A stretch of DNA of 64,000 bases from Phycisphaerae bacterium (GCA_029260055.1 JAJDDX010000382.1:2562-66561); one strand, 5' to 3'. Shown: positions 30,232-45,825, counted from the stretch's first letter. Notes: generated by a model from the letters alone, not told the origin. Program-made: numbers and translations.

Positions 30232-30732
30232 ATGTATAGCGACGTCGAATTCGAGACGGTCGACTCGTTGGAGCCGGGCGAGCTCATCGCCTTCTACGAA
30301 AAGCAGCACCATGAGATGACGCGCGTGCCGGACAAGCTCATGCGGATGATGGCCCGGACGTTCTGTGTCGTCACAGCCAGGCGCAATCGTGAGCTGATCG
30401 GTTTGGCACGAGGTGTGACGGACGGCGTGACGGGCCACCTGGCGGAGTGCAAGCTGGATCCTGCGTTTCAGGGACCGGGATGTGTGACGCACACGGACGG
30501 TCGCATCGAGCACGACGAAACGGGTATCGCGGGCGAAATGGCCCGACGCGTGATCACGGCGCTACTTACCGAGGGCGTCGAGCGAATCGACGTGCTCGCC
30601 TACGGTACGGAAGTCGATTTCTGCGAAGAACTCGGCTTCAAGACGCAACGCGGCGTAGTCGCGATGGAGCTTCGAGCCGAATCGTACGATCCGGCTTCGG
30701 GCTTGGCACGGAGCGAGGCTCACACGGTTTGA
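30232..30732 (+). CDS. Small GNAT-like acetyltransferase-fold protein inserted between rpoB and rpoC
   Basis: 166 aa. Has VVTARRNRELIGLARGVTDG (beta4-like), LDPAFQGPG...GIAGEMARRVI (an interrupted Q/RxxGxG/A region) and a terminal FCEELGFK. A sampled 60-nt window (30241-30300) is about 60% GC. Confidence 0.55.
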   Translation: MYSDVEFETVDSLEPGELIAFYEKQHHEMTRVPDKLMRMMARTFCVVTARRNRELIGLARGVTDGVTGHLAECKLDPAFQGPGCVTHTDGRIEHDETGIAGEMARRVITALLTEGVERIDVLAYGTEVDFCEELGFKTQRGVVAMELRAESYDPASGLARSEAHTV

Positions 30733-30830
30733 GTCGGACAGCGGTTCCGACGGGCTTTCGAGCCGGCGCCGATGCCGTGCTTCTGGGTTCTTAAGAGCAT
30801 CACTGGTTCCGAAAAGGGGACGCAAGGCCG

Positions 30831-35276
<4,446 letters not shown>

Positions 35277-35336
35277 AGCGCCGCCAGCGGGTCGCCGTGT
35301 CGGCCCGGCGGGCAGGCTTGATGCTAGAGGAAGACT

Positions 35337-35726
35337 ATGCCAACGATTAACCAACTGGTGCGTCACGGGCGCAAAAAAGTGGTCAAGAAGTCGAAGGTAC
35401 GCGACATGGAGCAGTGCCCGCAGCGGCGGGCCGTGTGTCTCATCGTCAAGACGCAGACACCGAAGAAGCCCAACTCCGCCCTGCGGAAGGTGGCGCGTGT
35501 CCGTCTGACCAACGGCAAGGAAGTGACCGCGTATATCCCCGGTATCGATCACAACTTGCAGGAGCACTCGATTGTCCTCGTGCGTGGAGGCCGAGTGCGG
35601 GACTTGCCCGGCGTGCGGTACCACGTGATCCGCGGAGCGCTCGATACATCCGGTGTCGAGGGCGACAAGGAAGGCCGGGCGCGAAATCAGAGCCGAAGCA
35701 AGTACGGCGTCAAGCGCCGTAAGTAA
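35337..35726 (+). CDS. rpsL: 30S ribosomal protein S12
   Basis: [12 protein letters not shown]...[16 protein letters not shown]. 129 aa. Confidence 0.98.
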   Translation: MPTINQLVRHGRKKVVKKSKVRDMEQCPQRRAVCLIVKTQTPKKPNSALRKVARVRLTNGKEVTAYIPGIDHNLQEHSIVLVRGGRVRDLPGVRYHVIRGALDTSGVEGDKEGRARNQSRSKYGVKRRK

Positions 35727-35774
35727 CGTCGCAGCGCCGGGACGAGAAGCTCACACGGGGAGCAGAACGACCGC

Positions 35775-36338
35775 ATGGAGCGAGCAGAGGCCAAACTGGA
35801 AGCGGCGGCCGCGCGGGGCGACGCTCGATCGATAAGCACATGGCTGATCCGCGTGCTTGGCGGTTGTCTGCTGGTGGCGCTTGCCTCCCAGGTGCGCGTT
35901 CCGCTCCCGGGTACGCCGGTGCCATCCACCTTGCAGTTGCTGGCCGTCTTGTCGGTCGGTTTCTGGCTTCGCCCGAGCGAAGCGATCTCGGCCATGGTGC
36001 TCTATATCGGCCTCGGCAGCGCTGGGCTTCCGGTGTTTACAGCCGGTTCGCTGGGGCTGTGGGGTGTGACCGGCGGCTATATCGTGGGATTCCTTGCGGC
36101 CGCCGGGCTGATGAGTGTACTTGGCGGCGGCCTTCGAACCTCGTTCGGTCGGCTGCTGGCGATCGGTGCGGTCGGCACGGCGATCGTGTTCCTCTTCGGT
36201 GTGGCTTGGGGCGTGCTGTTTTGGGGCTCGGACCCGGTTACTGCGATCCGGCTGGGCGTGGCCCCGTTCGCTCTGAAAGCAGTCGTGGAATTACTCGCGG
36301 CGGCGGTAGCCGTCGTGGCTCTTCGTGGAGTTCGGTAG
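35775..36338 (+). CDS. bioY: BioY-family biotin transporter S-component inserted between rpsL and rpsG
   Basis: VRVPLPGTPVPSTLQLLAVL...LGSAGLPVFTAGS...GVTGGYIVGF matches the BioY signature (VPITLQ...GLPVF...PTGGYL.GF). 6 TM helices. Confidence 0.75.
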   Translation: MERAEAKLEAAAARGDARSISTWLIRVLGGCLLVALASQVRVPLPGTPVPSTLQLLAVLSVGFWLRPSEAISAMVLYIGLGSAGLPVFTAGSLGLWGVTGGYIVGFLAAAGLMSVLGGGLRTSFGRLLAIGAVGTAIVFLFGVAWGVLFWGSDPVTAIRLGVAPFALKAVVELLAAAVAVVALRGVR

Positions 36339-36455
36339 GCGGTCCGGCGATTGCCGAGATTGCGCCTTGCGGCTCCGCGATCTTAAGTTTTTGGGTTTCA
36401 GGCGGTCCCGGCGAGTTGGGACGCGCAAGCGACAGGTATCGGAAAGCAAGACGAG

Positions 36456-36932
36456 ATGGCATACAAGAAATTCACACATTCCGTAGCTCAGCTTCGACCT
36501 GACACGCGGTTCAACAGCAAGCTGGTGTCGAAGTTCATCAACGGGATCATGCTGGACGGCAAAAAGGCGACCGCGACGCGCGTGTTCTACAACGCGATGG
36601 ATATCGTCGAGAAGCGGGTCAAGGACGTGCCTCCACTCGAGGTGTTCGAGGCGGCGATCAACAACGCCAAGCCGAACGTCGAGGTTCGCTCGAAGCGCGT
36701 GGGCGGTAGCAACTACCAGGTGCCCATGCCGGTCAATCGGAAGCGGCAGCAGTCGCTCGCCTTCCGTTGGATCCTCGACGCGGTCAGGAAGAAGGCCGGT
36801 AGGCCCCTGAGCGAAAGGCTCGCCCAGGAGATTTCGGACGCGTACCGCGGCGAGGGAGCCGCCGTGACCACGCGCGAGAACGTGCATCGCATGGCCGAAG
36901 CGAACAAGGCCTTCGCGCACTTCGCCTGGTAA
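36456..36932 (+). CDS. rpsG: 30S ribosomal protein S7
   Basis: Family similarity throughout ([15 protein letters not shown]...[16 protein letters not shown]). 158 aa. Confidence 0.97.
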   Translation: MAYKKFTHSVAQLRPDTRFNSKLVSKFINGIMLDGKKATATRVFYNAMDIVEKRVKDVPPLEVFEAAINNAKPNVEVRSKRVGGSNYQVPMPVNRKRQQSLAFRWILDAVRKKAGRPLSERLAQEISDAYRGEGAAVTTRENVHRMAEANKAFAHFAW

Positions 36933-37054
36933 TCGCAGCGGTCTTGGGATTGAAACACGAGCCCATCCGACTCAAGCGGATGGGCTCGCGGTCCAGATGG
37001 CGCTAGTCCCGGGGAACTCGATCCTCAGCGGGACGATGCACAATTGGCGTGCTC

Positions 37055-39124
<2,070 letters not shown>

Positions 39125-39251
39125 ATGGGGTGCCCGGCGGGCTCGCTACAACGCGGTCGACTTACGGTGGAACCACATGACGAGTGTTCGTGTCCTGACA
39201 GGCAAACCACAGTCGACGATGTGACTGGGCGGTGGGGAAGACCAGGGGCAG

Positions 39252-39689
39252 TCAGAACGCCAACATGAACTGATCTTCTTCCCCGTTGTACACGAAGAGG
39301 CATTGCCTGAGTACGTCTCTGCCGATCAGCGCTTGAATGCCTTGCATGCTAAGTTGAGATTCTATAACGGGCATCTCGCCCATCGTCATAGATATATCCG
39401 GATGGCTGAGTGTGATGCTGACATCGTATTGGGGGCGAAGCGTCGGCGTTCCCCCTGTAGATGGTGTGTGAATGGGCACTTGGCCGGTAGGGCTCAGCCC
39501 AAGAGACGAAAGAGCCTGCGAATCAACGCAGGTGCCGCTTGCGCCAGTATCGACCAAGCCTCGGATCTTTATCGGCTGCGGAACTTGCTGCTTGGCATCT
39601 TCGAGAGCCTCCCGCCTGGGGCGGCTGACGCCAACATACAACTCCACCATGGGGCCGTCTGACGAGACTGGCAGTGTCAGGTGTGGCAC
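39252..39689 (-). CDS. Retropepsin-like (clan AA) aspartic protease, 145 aa
   Basis: Catalytic LVDTGASGT motif and a downstream ALIGRDVL flap/dimer motif, in a size typical of homodimeric retropepsin-like proteins. The GTG start overlaps the upstream gene by 13 nt. An alternative ATG lies at 39650. Confidence 0.7.
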   Translation of the reverse strand: MPHLTLPVSSDGPMVELYVGVSRPRREALEDAKQQVPQPIKIRGLVDTGASGTCVDSQALSSLGLSPTGQVPIHTPSTGGTPTLRPQYDVSITLSHPDISMTMGEMPVIESQLSMQGIQALIGRDVLRQCLFVYNGEEDQFMLAF

Positions 39690-39913
39690 GTATCAAGTTC
39701 TCTCGTGAAGTACTGAATCTGGTCGACGGCTCGAATCTTCTTCACGAGGAATGGTTCCAGTTTGCATTTCTCGTAACCAGCTCTGATAGCATCGGAATAC
39801 GTGTCGAACACGCCAAGCACGTCCTGCTGATGGATCAAGACGTACTTTCCCTCGTCAGACAGCAGGTCTTCCAGGCTGTCTTTGTATACTTTCAGTTCTG
39901 CTTCAAGAGCCAT
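39677..39913 (-). CDS. Small (78 aa) uncharacterised partner protein of the protease
   Basis: MALEAELKVYKDSLEDLLSDEGKYVLIHQQDVLGVFDTYSDAIRAGYEKCKLEPFLVKKI... The ATG at 39913 is preceded by GAGGTG. From memory it resembles small DUF5678-like proteins; this was not verified. Confidence 0.6.
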   Translation of the reverse strand: MALEAELKVYKDSLEDLLSDEGKYVLIHQQDVLGVFDTYSDAIRAGYEKCKLEPFLVKKIRAVDQIQYFTRELDTCHT

Positions 39914-39951
39914 TTCACACCTCGCGCGCAAATACGCATGTCTACCCTAAT

Positions 39952-39980
39952 ATAGTACCGTATCGGAGCCCTGGCGGCAA
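39952..39980 (-). promoter_or_regulatory. Candidate promoter of the two-gene cassette
   Basis: The minus strand reads TTGCCG-N17-TACTAT within the AT-rich patch GGTACTATATTAGGGTAGA, about 40 nt upstream of the 39913 start. Confidence 0.3.
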
Positions 39981-40041
39981 GTCTGAACCGGGCAGATTCT
40001 CTCCGCCGGCTCGCGATCGCGGCACGCAGATTCTGTGCCCC

Positions 40042-40260
40042 GGCAGCATCGTGGCGGACATGAACGGCCGCAGGGCGGTGGTGCGTCAGACGGAGATCCG
40101 CGGGACTGATCGGGTGATTTCTGCCGACGTACCCCTCGCGGAGATGTTCGGCTACGTCACTCGGCTCCGGAGTCTGTCTCAGGGCCGTGCGACCTCGGCC
40201 ATGGCGCCCTCCCATTATGCGCGGGTTTCCCCGGAGGAAACGCGGGCTTTGGTGGGGTAG
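40042..40260 (+). pseudogene. Displaced fusA 3' fragment (direct repeat R; repeat similarity extends to about 40281)
   Basis: Encodes the last 72 residues of EF-G with only two amino-acid differences, both within the first 7 codons. There is no fusA homology upstream of 40042 and no ribosome-binding site. Confidence 0.85.
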
Positions 40261-40336
40261 GCGGGGTGCGCGGCGGTTTCGAACGCCGGCGGTCGGGTTG
40301 CGGCGCAAACACACCATAAATGTTGAAGAATTGCGG

Positions 40337-40364
40337 TTGACAGGCCTGGCGGAGCGTTTATCCT
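40337..40364 (+). promoter_or_regulatory. Candidate S10-operon promoter
   Basis: TTGACA-N16-TATCCT, preceded by an AT-rich UP-like stretch (CATAAATGTTGAAGAATT). About 65 nt upstream of rpsJ. Confidence 0.45.
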
Positions 40365-40427
40365 TGCCGGTCTGCCGTTTCGGGGAGCGAACGGCCTAGA
40401 ACTAACGTTTGCAGGGATAGAACACGG

Positions 40428-40739
40428 GTGAACAGCAAGGCGAGAATACGGATTCGCATGGAGGCGTACGACCCCCAGGCTCTCGACGCTTCGGCTCGGG
40501 AGATCGTGGAGCAGGCGAAGCGCACGAGTGCGAAGGTTCATGGGCCGATTCCGTTGCCTACCCGGATCGAGCGTTATACGGTGCTGCGTGGTCCGCACAT
40601 CGACAAGAAGTCGAGAGAGCAGTTTGAGATGCGGACGCACAAGCGGATCATTGACATCAGCGAGCCGACGGCTCGGACGGTTGAAGCGATCAACCGCATT
40701 CAGGTTCCCGCCGGTGTGTTCGTGAAGATAAAGACTTGA
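40428..40739 (+). CDS. rpsJ: 30S ribosomal protein S10
   Basis: [14 protein letters not shown]...GPIPLPT. 103 aa. GTG start. Confidence 0.96.
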   Translation: MNSKARIRIRMEAYDPQALDASAREIVEQAKRTSAKVHGPIPLPTRIERYTVLRGPHIDKKSREQFEMRTHKRIIDISEPTARTVEAINRIQVPAGVFVKIKT

Positions 40740-40903
40740 GTATGGCGCGGTGGGTTTGAGTGCGGACACCGGCGTCGTTTCCGGCGTCGACTTCGTTTCA
40801 CTTTTCGCAAAACAATTAGCCGTGTGAGTAGCATCGCACGGGCACGAACAAGAGAGGCTCGCTTGGTCCGGACAACGGATACCGGCGAGAACAGGTTTCA
40901 GTC

Positions 40904-41554
40904 ATGAAGCCCGGAATCATTGGCAGGAAAGTGGGGATGACCCGCATTCTCGGCGAGCGTGGCTTGGTCGAGTCGGTGACGGTCATCAAGGCCGGCCCGT
41001 GTGTCGTCTTGCAAGTCAAGACGCACGACGTGGACGGCTATGACGCCGTGCAGCTCGGCTTCGAGGACTGCAAGCCGCACCGCTCCACCGTGCCGATGAT
41101 TGGCCACGCCGCCAAAGCGGGTGTGGGTCCCAAGCGGGCCATCCGCGAGATTCGCCTGGACGCTCCGGCGGAGCTTCAGGCCGGTGATGTCGTCACGGTC
41201 GAGCAGTTCACCGAGGCTGAGGTCGGTCACGTCGACGTGACGGGCACCACGAAGGGCTGCGGCTTTGCAGGTGTCATGAAGCGACACGGATTCGGCGGCA
41301 AGGAAGCGTCCCACGGCGTGGAACGCAAGCACCGCTCGGGTGGTAGTATCGGCGGGCACGCCAATACCGGTACCGGCCGCGGCATCAAGAAGGGCAAGAA
41401 AATGGCCGGTCAGATGGGCCACGTGCGGAGCACGATGAGTTCTCTGCGTTTGATCAAAGTTGACGCCACGAACGACCTGCTGCTGGTGCGCGGAAGCGTG
41501 CCGGGGCCGGCCGGTTCGTTGGTGATGATTCGGCAGGCGATGAAGAAGGGCTAG
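40904..41554 (+). CDS. rplC: 50S ribosomal protein L3
   Basis: GIIGRKVGMTRI start and family similarity. 216 aa. Confidence 0.97.
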   Translation: MKPGIIGRKVGMTRILGERGLVESVTVIKAGPCVVLQVKTHDVDGYDAVQLGFEDCKPHRSTVPMIGHAAKAGVGPKRAIREIRLDAPAELQAGDVVTVEQFTEAEVGHVDVTGTTKGCGFAGVMKRHGFGGKEASHGVERKHRSGGSIGGHANTGTGRGIKKGKKMAGQMGHVRSTMSSLRLIKVDATNDLLLVRGSVPGPAGSLVMIRQAMKKG

Positions 41555-41559
41555 CGTCC

Positions 41560-42210
41560 ATGATTGCGGTTCCGGTCTTCAATCCAAAAGGCGATCGCAC
41601 GGGGCAGATCGAGATCGATCCGACGCTGCTCGGTGGCGAGGTTCGTCCTCGGCTCATCAAGCAGGCGATCGTGGCCTTCTTGGATCACAGCCGTCAGGAC
41701 AGTGCTCGTACCAAGGGGCGGGCCGACAAAGAGGGCTCCACGCGAAAGCTGTTTCGGCAGAAGGGCACGGGTAACGCGCGTGCCGGTTCGATCCGCACGC
41801 CGGTTCGTCGCGGCGGTGGCCGGACGTTTGCCAAGCGTGGCCCGCGATCCACGAAGGTGTTGCCGAAGAAGATGCGGCGCCTCGCCCGCAACAGTGCGAT
41901 TCTCGCCAAGTTGCAGGCTGAAGAGGTGATGGTGCTCGACGGGTTCAATTGTGCCGAACCCAAGACCAAGCTGTTTGCTTCCATGCTCAAGGCTCTGGGC
42001 GCGGATCGCGGTTGCGTCGTGGCCTTCGCCGAGCCGGACACCAACGCTTATCTTTCGGGGCGGAACATTCCGGGCACGCGTGTGCGGCTCGTGGATGAGC
42101 TGTACGCCTACGAAGTTCTGCGGCACAACAAGCTTATTTTCACGAAGCCGGCTTTCGAGCGGCTGATCGGCAATCCGACTACGTTGCAGAGCACCGAGTC
42201 GGGCGAGTAG
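41560..42210 (+). CDS. rplD: 50S ribosomal protein L4
   Basis: RQKGTGNARAGSIRTP motif. 216 aa. Confidence 0.96.
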   Translation: MIAVPVFNPKGDRTGQIEIDPTLLGGEVRPRLIKQAIVAFLDHSRQDSARTKGRADKEGSTRKLFRQKGTGNARAGSIRTPVRRGGGRTFAKRGPRSTKVLPKKMRRLARNSAILAKLQAEEVMVLDGFNCAEPKTKLFASMLKALGADRGCVVAFAEPDTNAYLSGRNIPGTRVRLVDELYAYEVLRHNKLIFTKPAFERLIGNPTTLQSTESGE

Positions 42211-42225
42211 GGCGGAGCGGTTGCC

Positions 42226-42537
42226 ATGGATATGTACGCTGTAATCAAACGGCCACTCGTGACGGAGAAAGGGACTCACCAGTCTCAGCAGTCGCATGAT
42301 GCGACGGCCAGCCGTCCGGCGCGCGGCGGATCGTACGCCTTCGAGGTGCATCCGGACGCGTCCAAGCCGATGATCAAGCAGGCGATACAGAAGATTTACG
42401 GCGTGAAGGTCCAGTCGGTGCGGACGGCCAATCGTCAGGGCAAGAGTCGTCGCTATCGGTACAAGGTCGGTAAGACGCGTGCGTGGAAGAAGGCGGTTGT
42501 CGTCCTCGACGGTGACAGCCACATCGACCTCTTCTGA
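42226..42537 (+). CDS. rplW: 50S ribosomal protein L23
   Basis: VIKRPLVTEK start and operon position. Confidence 0.93.
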   Translation: MDMYAVIKRPLVTEKGTHQSQQSHDATASRPARGGSYAFEVHPDASKPMIKQAIQKIYGVKVQSVRTANRQGKSRRYRYKVGKTRAWKKAVVVLDGDSHIDLF

Positions 42538-42613
42538 TCGGCGGCGGGGTCGCAGGGTACATGGTGGGCGGTATTGCCGCCCGGTTCTTCCGGAATGTTC
42601 GTGAGCGCAATCG

Positions 42614-43483
42614 ATGGGCGTTAAAGTATATAAACCTACTTCGCCGGGGCGTCGAGCTTCGTCGGTCAACGACTTTGCCGAGTTGACGGACAAGCGGAAG
42701 CGGCCGGAGAAGTCGCTGTGCGAGCGGTTGTGTCGGACCGGCGGTCGGAATCACCACGGCCGTATCACGGCCAGGCACCGCGGCGGTGGCGCCAGACGGA
42801 TCTATCGACGAATCGACTTCAAGCGCTCCAAAGACGGCATCGTCGGTAAGGTCGTCGCGATCGAATACGATCCCAACCGGACGTGCCACATCGCGCTAAT
42901 CGAGTATGCCGACGGGGAAAAGCGCTACATCCTGGCTCCTGCGGGGTTGAAGGCCGGCGAAGAGATCGAAAGCGGCCCGGTGGTCGAGCCGAAGGTCGGC
43001 AACGCGATGCCGCTCAAGGGCATCCCGACCGGCCTGGACGTTCACAATGTCGAGTTGAACATCGGTCAGGGCGGTAAGTTCGCCCGCAGCGCCGGTGCTT
43101 CCGCCCGCTTGATGTCGCGAAGCGACTCGTGGGCGATTCTGGTCCTACCGTCGGGTGAGATGCGTGAAGTGCGTGTCGAGTGCCGTGCGACGATCGGCCA
43201 GATCGGAAACGTCGAGCATCAGAACCTTCGCTGGGGCAAGGCGGGGCGGATGCGTCACAAGGGGCGCAGGCCTCATGTGCGCGGCACAGCCAAGAACCCC
43301 GTGGCCCACCCGTTGGGCGGTGGTGAAGGTCGCAGCGGTGGCGGACGCCACCCCTGCAGCGCGACCGGAAAGTTGGCGAAGGGCGGGCGAACGCGCTCTC
43401 CGAACAAGATCACCAACAAGCGCATTTTGCGTCGTCGTAAGAGCAAACGCTACGGGCAGCTCGTGTTGCCCAAGAAGAAGTAG
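42614..43483 (+). CDS. rplB: 50S ribosomal protein L2
   Basis: KPTSPGRR near the start and the [13 protein letters not shown] motif. 289 aa. Confidence 0.97.
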   Translation: MGVKVYKPTSPGRRASSVNDFAELTDKRKRPEKSLCERLCRTGGRNHHGRITARHRGGGARRIYRRIDFKRSKDGIVGKVVAIEYDPNRTCHIALIEYADGEKRYILAPAGLKAGEEIESGPVVEPKVGNAMPLKGIPTGLDVHNVELNIGQGGKFARSAGASARLMSRSDSWAILVLPSGEMREVRVECRATIGQIGNVEHQNLRWGKAGRMRHKGRRPHVRGTAKNPVAHPLGGGEGRSGGGRHPCSATGKLAKGGRTRSPNKITNKRILRRRKSKRYGQLVLPKKK

Positions 43484-43590
43484 AGAGTCAACAGCGGATC
43501 GCCCGCGGCGCCCAAGCCTTTGAGTGCTGGCGGTAAGCGGCGGTCGACGGCGAGTCTCGGTTTGCCGGCTCGCGTGTGGAAAGGGTCGAT

Positions 43591-43863
43591 ATGGCGCGAT
43601 CGCAGAAAAAAGGGCCAGCTGTCGACGAGAGGTTGTACCAGCGCGTCAGCGCGCGTGCTGATGCTCAGACCGGGATGCCGTTTCGCACCTGGTCGCGTGG
43701 ATGCACGATCGTGCCCGAGTTCGTCGGGCATCGTTTCGAGGTACACAACGGTAGGGCGTTTATTCAGGTATACGTGACGGATGAGATGGTCGGGCACAAG
43801 CTCGGTGAGTTCAGCCCGTCGCGGACCTTCCGCGGCCACGGTGCCGGCAAGAGGAAGAAGTAA
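43591..43863 (+). CDS. rpsS: 30S ribosomal protein S19
   Basis: [15 protein letters not shown]...HNGRAF. I prefer the ATG at 43591 because it follows GGAAAGGG. Confidence 0.95.
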   Translation: MARSQKKGPAVDERLYQRVSARADAQTGMPFRTWSRGCTIVPEFVGHRFEVHNGRAFIQVYVTDEMVGHKLGEFSPSRTFRGHGAGKRKK

Positions 43864-43914
43864 GTCCGCCGATGGTAGGACGCCGGTTTTGACGCCGGCG
43901 GATAGTGATCAACG

Positions 43915-44256
43915 ATGAACGGTGAACGTGTTTGGATAGCCAGCCATCGATTCGCTCGGATCGCGCCGCGTAAGGCCAGGCTGATCGTAGACCTGATCCG
44001 CGGGCGGCGTTGCGACGAGGCAATGGAGCAGTTGCGGTTCAACAACCGGCGGGCGGCGTCGCTGATTCGCCTCGTGCTGAAGTCGGCGATGGTCAACGCG
44101 GACGAGCAGGAAGCCGACATGGGTCGCTTGTTCGTCAAGGTGGCGCGGGTCGACGGCGGGCCGTATCAGCGTCGTTGGCGTCCCAAGGACCGCGGGCGCG
44201 TCCATCCCATTGCGAAGCGGACGAGTCACATTGTGTTGACGGTGGCGGAAGGCTGA
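43915..44256 (+). CDS. rplV: 50S ribosomal protein L22
   Basis: ARIAPRKARLIVDLIRG motif. Confidence 0.95.
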   Translation: MNGERVWIASHRFARIAPRKARLIVDLIRGRRCDEAMEQLRFNNRRAASLIRLVLKSAMVNADEQEADMGRLFVKVARVDGGPYQRRWRPKDRGRVHPIAKRTSHIVLTVAEG

Positions 44257-44330
44257 TTCGGTGGTCGTGCCGGTCGTTTGAACCGGCGGCGCTTTGGCGG
44301 AAGAACGTGCCGGAGCTGTAGGAGTCGAAC

Positions 44331-45053
44331 GTGGGTCAGAAGATTCATCCACTCGGGTTTCGAATCGGTATCACCGAGGACTGGCGCTCGCGTTGGTTCG
44401 CGCCGAAGGCCGCCTATGCCGAGTTCCTGGTCGAAGACCAGCGGATTCGAAAGTTCGTCGACCTCAAGTTGAACAGGCAGCCTCCGTACGCGGCGGTCGC
44501 CAAAGTCGAGATCGAGCGTACGCGCGATCAGGTCAAGGTTCTGCTGCACACGGCCCGACCGGGATTGGTCATCGGCCCCAAGGGTGCGGAAGTGGACCGC
44601 CTCAAAGAGGCTCTCGAGGACCTGATCGAGCGGAAGATCAATCTGAACGTGGTCGAGATCAAGGTGCCTGACGCCAACGCGAAGCTCATCGCGGAGTCGG
44701 TGTCGGAGCAACTGAAGAAGCGTTCGGCCTTCCGTCGTGTGCTCAAGCAGCGGATCGACGCTGCGATGTCGACCGGCGTGAAGGGGATCAAGATTCAGTG
44801 CAAGGGGCGCCTCGGCGGGGCCGAAATGGCGCGGAGCCTGACGCAATTGCGCGGGTCGATTCCGCTTCATACGCTGCAGGCTCACATCGACTACGGGTTT
44901 GCGACGTGTCGCACCACGTACGGCGTGATCGGCATCAAGGTGTGGGTCTACCGCGGGCGGTACGGCGAGGAAGTCGACCTTGAAGATGTATCACGGGATC
45001 GCCGCGGTGGTGGCGGTCGCGATCGTGGCGCCCGGCGAGGCAAGCGAGGCTAG
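44331..45053 (+). CDS. rpsC: 30S ribosomal protein S3
   Basis: MGQKIHPLGFRIGI start and KH-domain region. 240 aa. Confidence 0.97.
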   Translation: MGQKIHPLGFRIGITEDWRSRWFAPKAAYAEFLVEDQRIRKFVDLKLNRQPPYAAVAKVEIERTRDQVKVLLHTARPGLVIGPKGAEVDRLKEALEDLIERKINLNVVEIKVPDANAKLIAESVSEQLKKRSAFRRVLKQRIDAAMSTGVKGIKIQCKGRLGGAEMARSLTQLRGSIPLHTLQAHIDYGFATCRTTYGVIGIKVWVYRGRYGEEVDLEDVSRDRRGGGGRDRGARRGKRG

Positions 45054-45102
45054 ACCGAGCGATTAACGGGCCTGCAAGAGCGGGTCGCGGAGAGTTGTAT
45101 CC

Positions 45103-45522
45103 ATGGCGATGATGCCCAAACGCGTGAAGTGGCGCAAGAGCCAGCGCGGGAAGATCCGCGGGGTCGCGCAGCGCGGTAATAAGGTGGCGTTTGGCGAGTA
45201 CGGCCTCCAGGTGCTTTCGGGCGGCTGGATTACGGCCCGTCAGATCGAGGCGGGCCGTGTGGCGGCGACGCACTTCCTCCGTCGCGAGGGTCGCGTTTAT
45301 GTGCGGATTTTCCCGCACAAGCCGGTGTCAGCCAAGCCGCTGGAAACACGCATGGGTAAGGGCAAGGCGGAGCCGGCGTATTGGGTCGCCTGCGTGCGTG
45401 AAGGGGCGGTCATCTATGAGATCGGTGGCGTCGAGGAAGAGATCGCACGTGGAGCGCTGATGCGCGTGGCCAATAAGATGCCGTATCGGTGTCGCTTCGT
45501 GAAGCGGCGTCACGGCTTGTAG
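45103..45522 (+). CDS. rplP: 50S ribosomal protein L16
   Basis: MPKRVKWRKSQRG start. 139 aa. Confidence 0.97.
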   Translation: MAMMPKRVKWRKSQRGKIRGVAQRGNKVAFGEYGLQVLSGGWITARQIEAGRVAATHFLRREGRVYVRIFPHKPVSAKPLETRMGKGKAEPAYWVACVREGAVIYEIGGVEEEIARGALMRVANKMPYRCRFVKRRHGL

Positions 45523-45546
45523 GGCCAGGGTGGAAGGACCGAACGC

Positions 45547-45747
45547 ATGAAGGTCAGTGAGATACGCGGGATGAAGAGCGAGGAGCTGCGGGTCGAGCTT
45601 GAGCAGTTTCGTCGCCACCTGTTTGATCTTCGCGCCCAGGCGGTGACGGAGAAACTGGAGAATCCTCATCAGGTGACGCATGCGAGGCGGGACATTGCCC
45701 GTGTGCTGACCGTGCTCCGCGAACGAGGCGAGGAAGTCCACGTTTGA
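45547..45747 (+). CDS. rpmC: 50S ribosomal protein L29
   Basis: EIRGMKSEELRVELEQFRRHLFDLR. 66 aa. Confidence 0.93.
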   Translation: MKVSEIRGMKSEELRVELEQFRRHLFDLRAQAVTEKLENPHQVTHARRDIARVLTVLRERGEEVHV

Positions 45748-45825
45748 TAACTGTTGATGTGCCGGGCGGGCTGCCGGCGCCGAGCTATCCGGCGGCTGCC
45801 GGGAGCGAAAGGGACTGTGAAGACC

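Larger units (their letters stand above)
39146..40041 (-). mobile_element. Inserted low-GC cassette between the two fusA-terminus repeats (no recombinase encoded)
   Basis: Sampled 60-nt windows are 50% GC, against about 70% in the adjacent fusA. Carries two overlapping minus-strand genes antisense to the str and S10 operons. Bounded by abrupt loss of homology at both repeat edges. Confidence 0.65.

Noticed and set aside
35840-36502. 220-aa alternative-frame ORF overlapping bioY and running into the rpsG start.
   Set aside because: The bioY frame carries the family signature and a regular TM-helix pattern. The alternative frame is Arg/Gly-rich with no similarity to anything I recognise.
40051-40260. 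69-aa ORF (MADMNGRRAVV...) as a stand-alone EF-G C-terminal mini-protein.
   Set aside because: It starts at an internal GTG with no ribosome-binding site, and it begins exactly at the repeat boundary. It is better explained as the displaced gene terminus. Translation cannot be strictly excluded without expression data.
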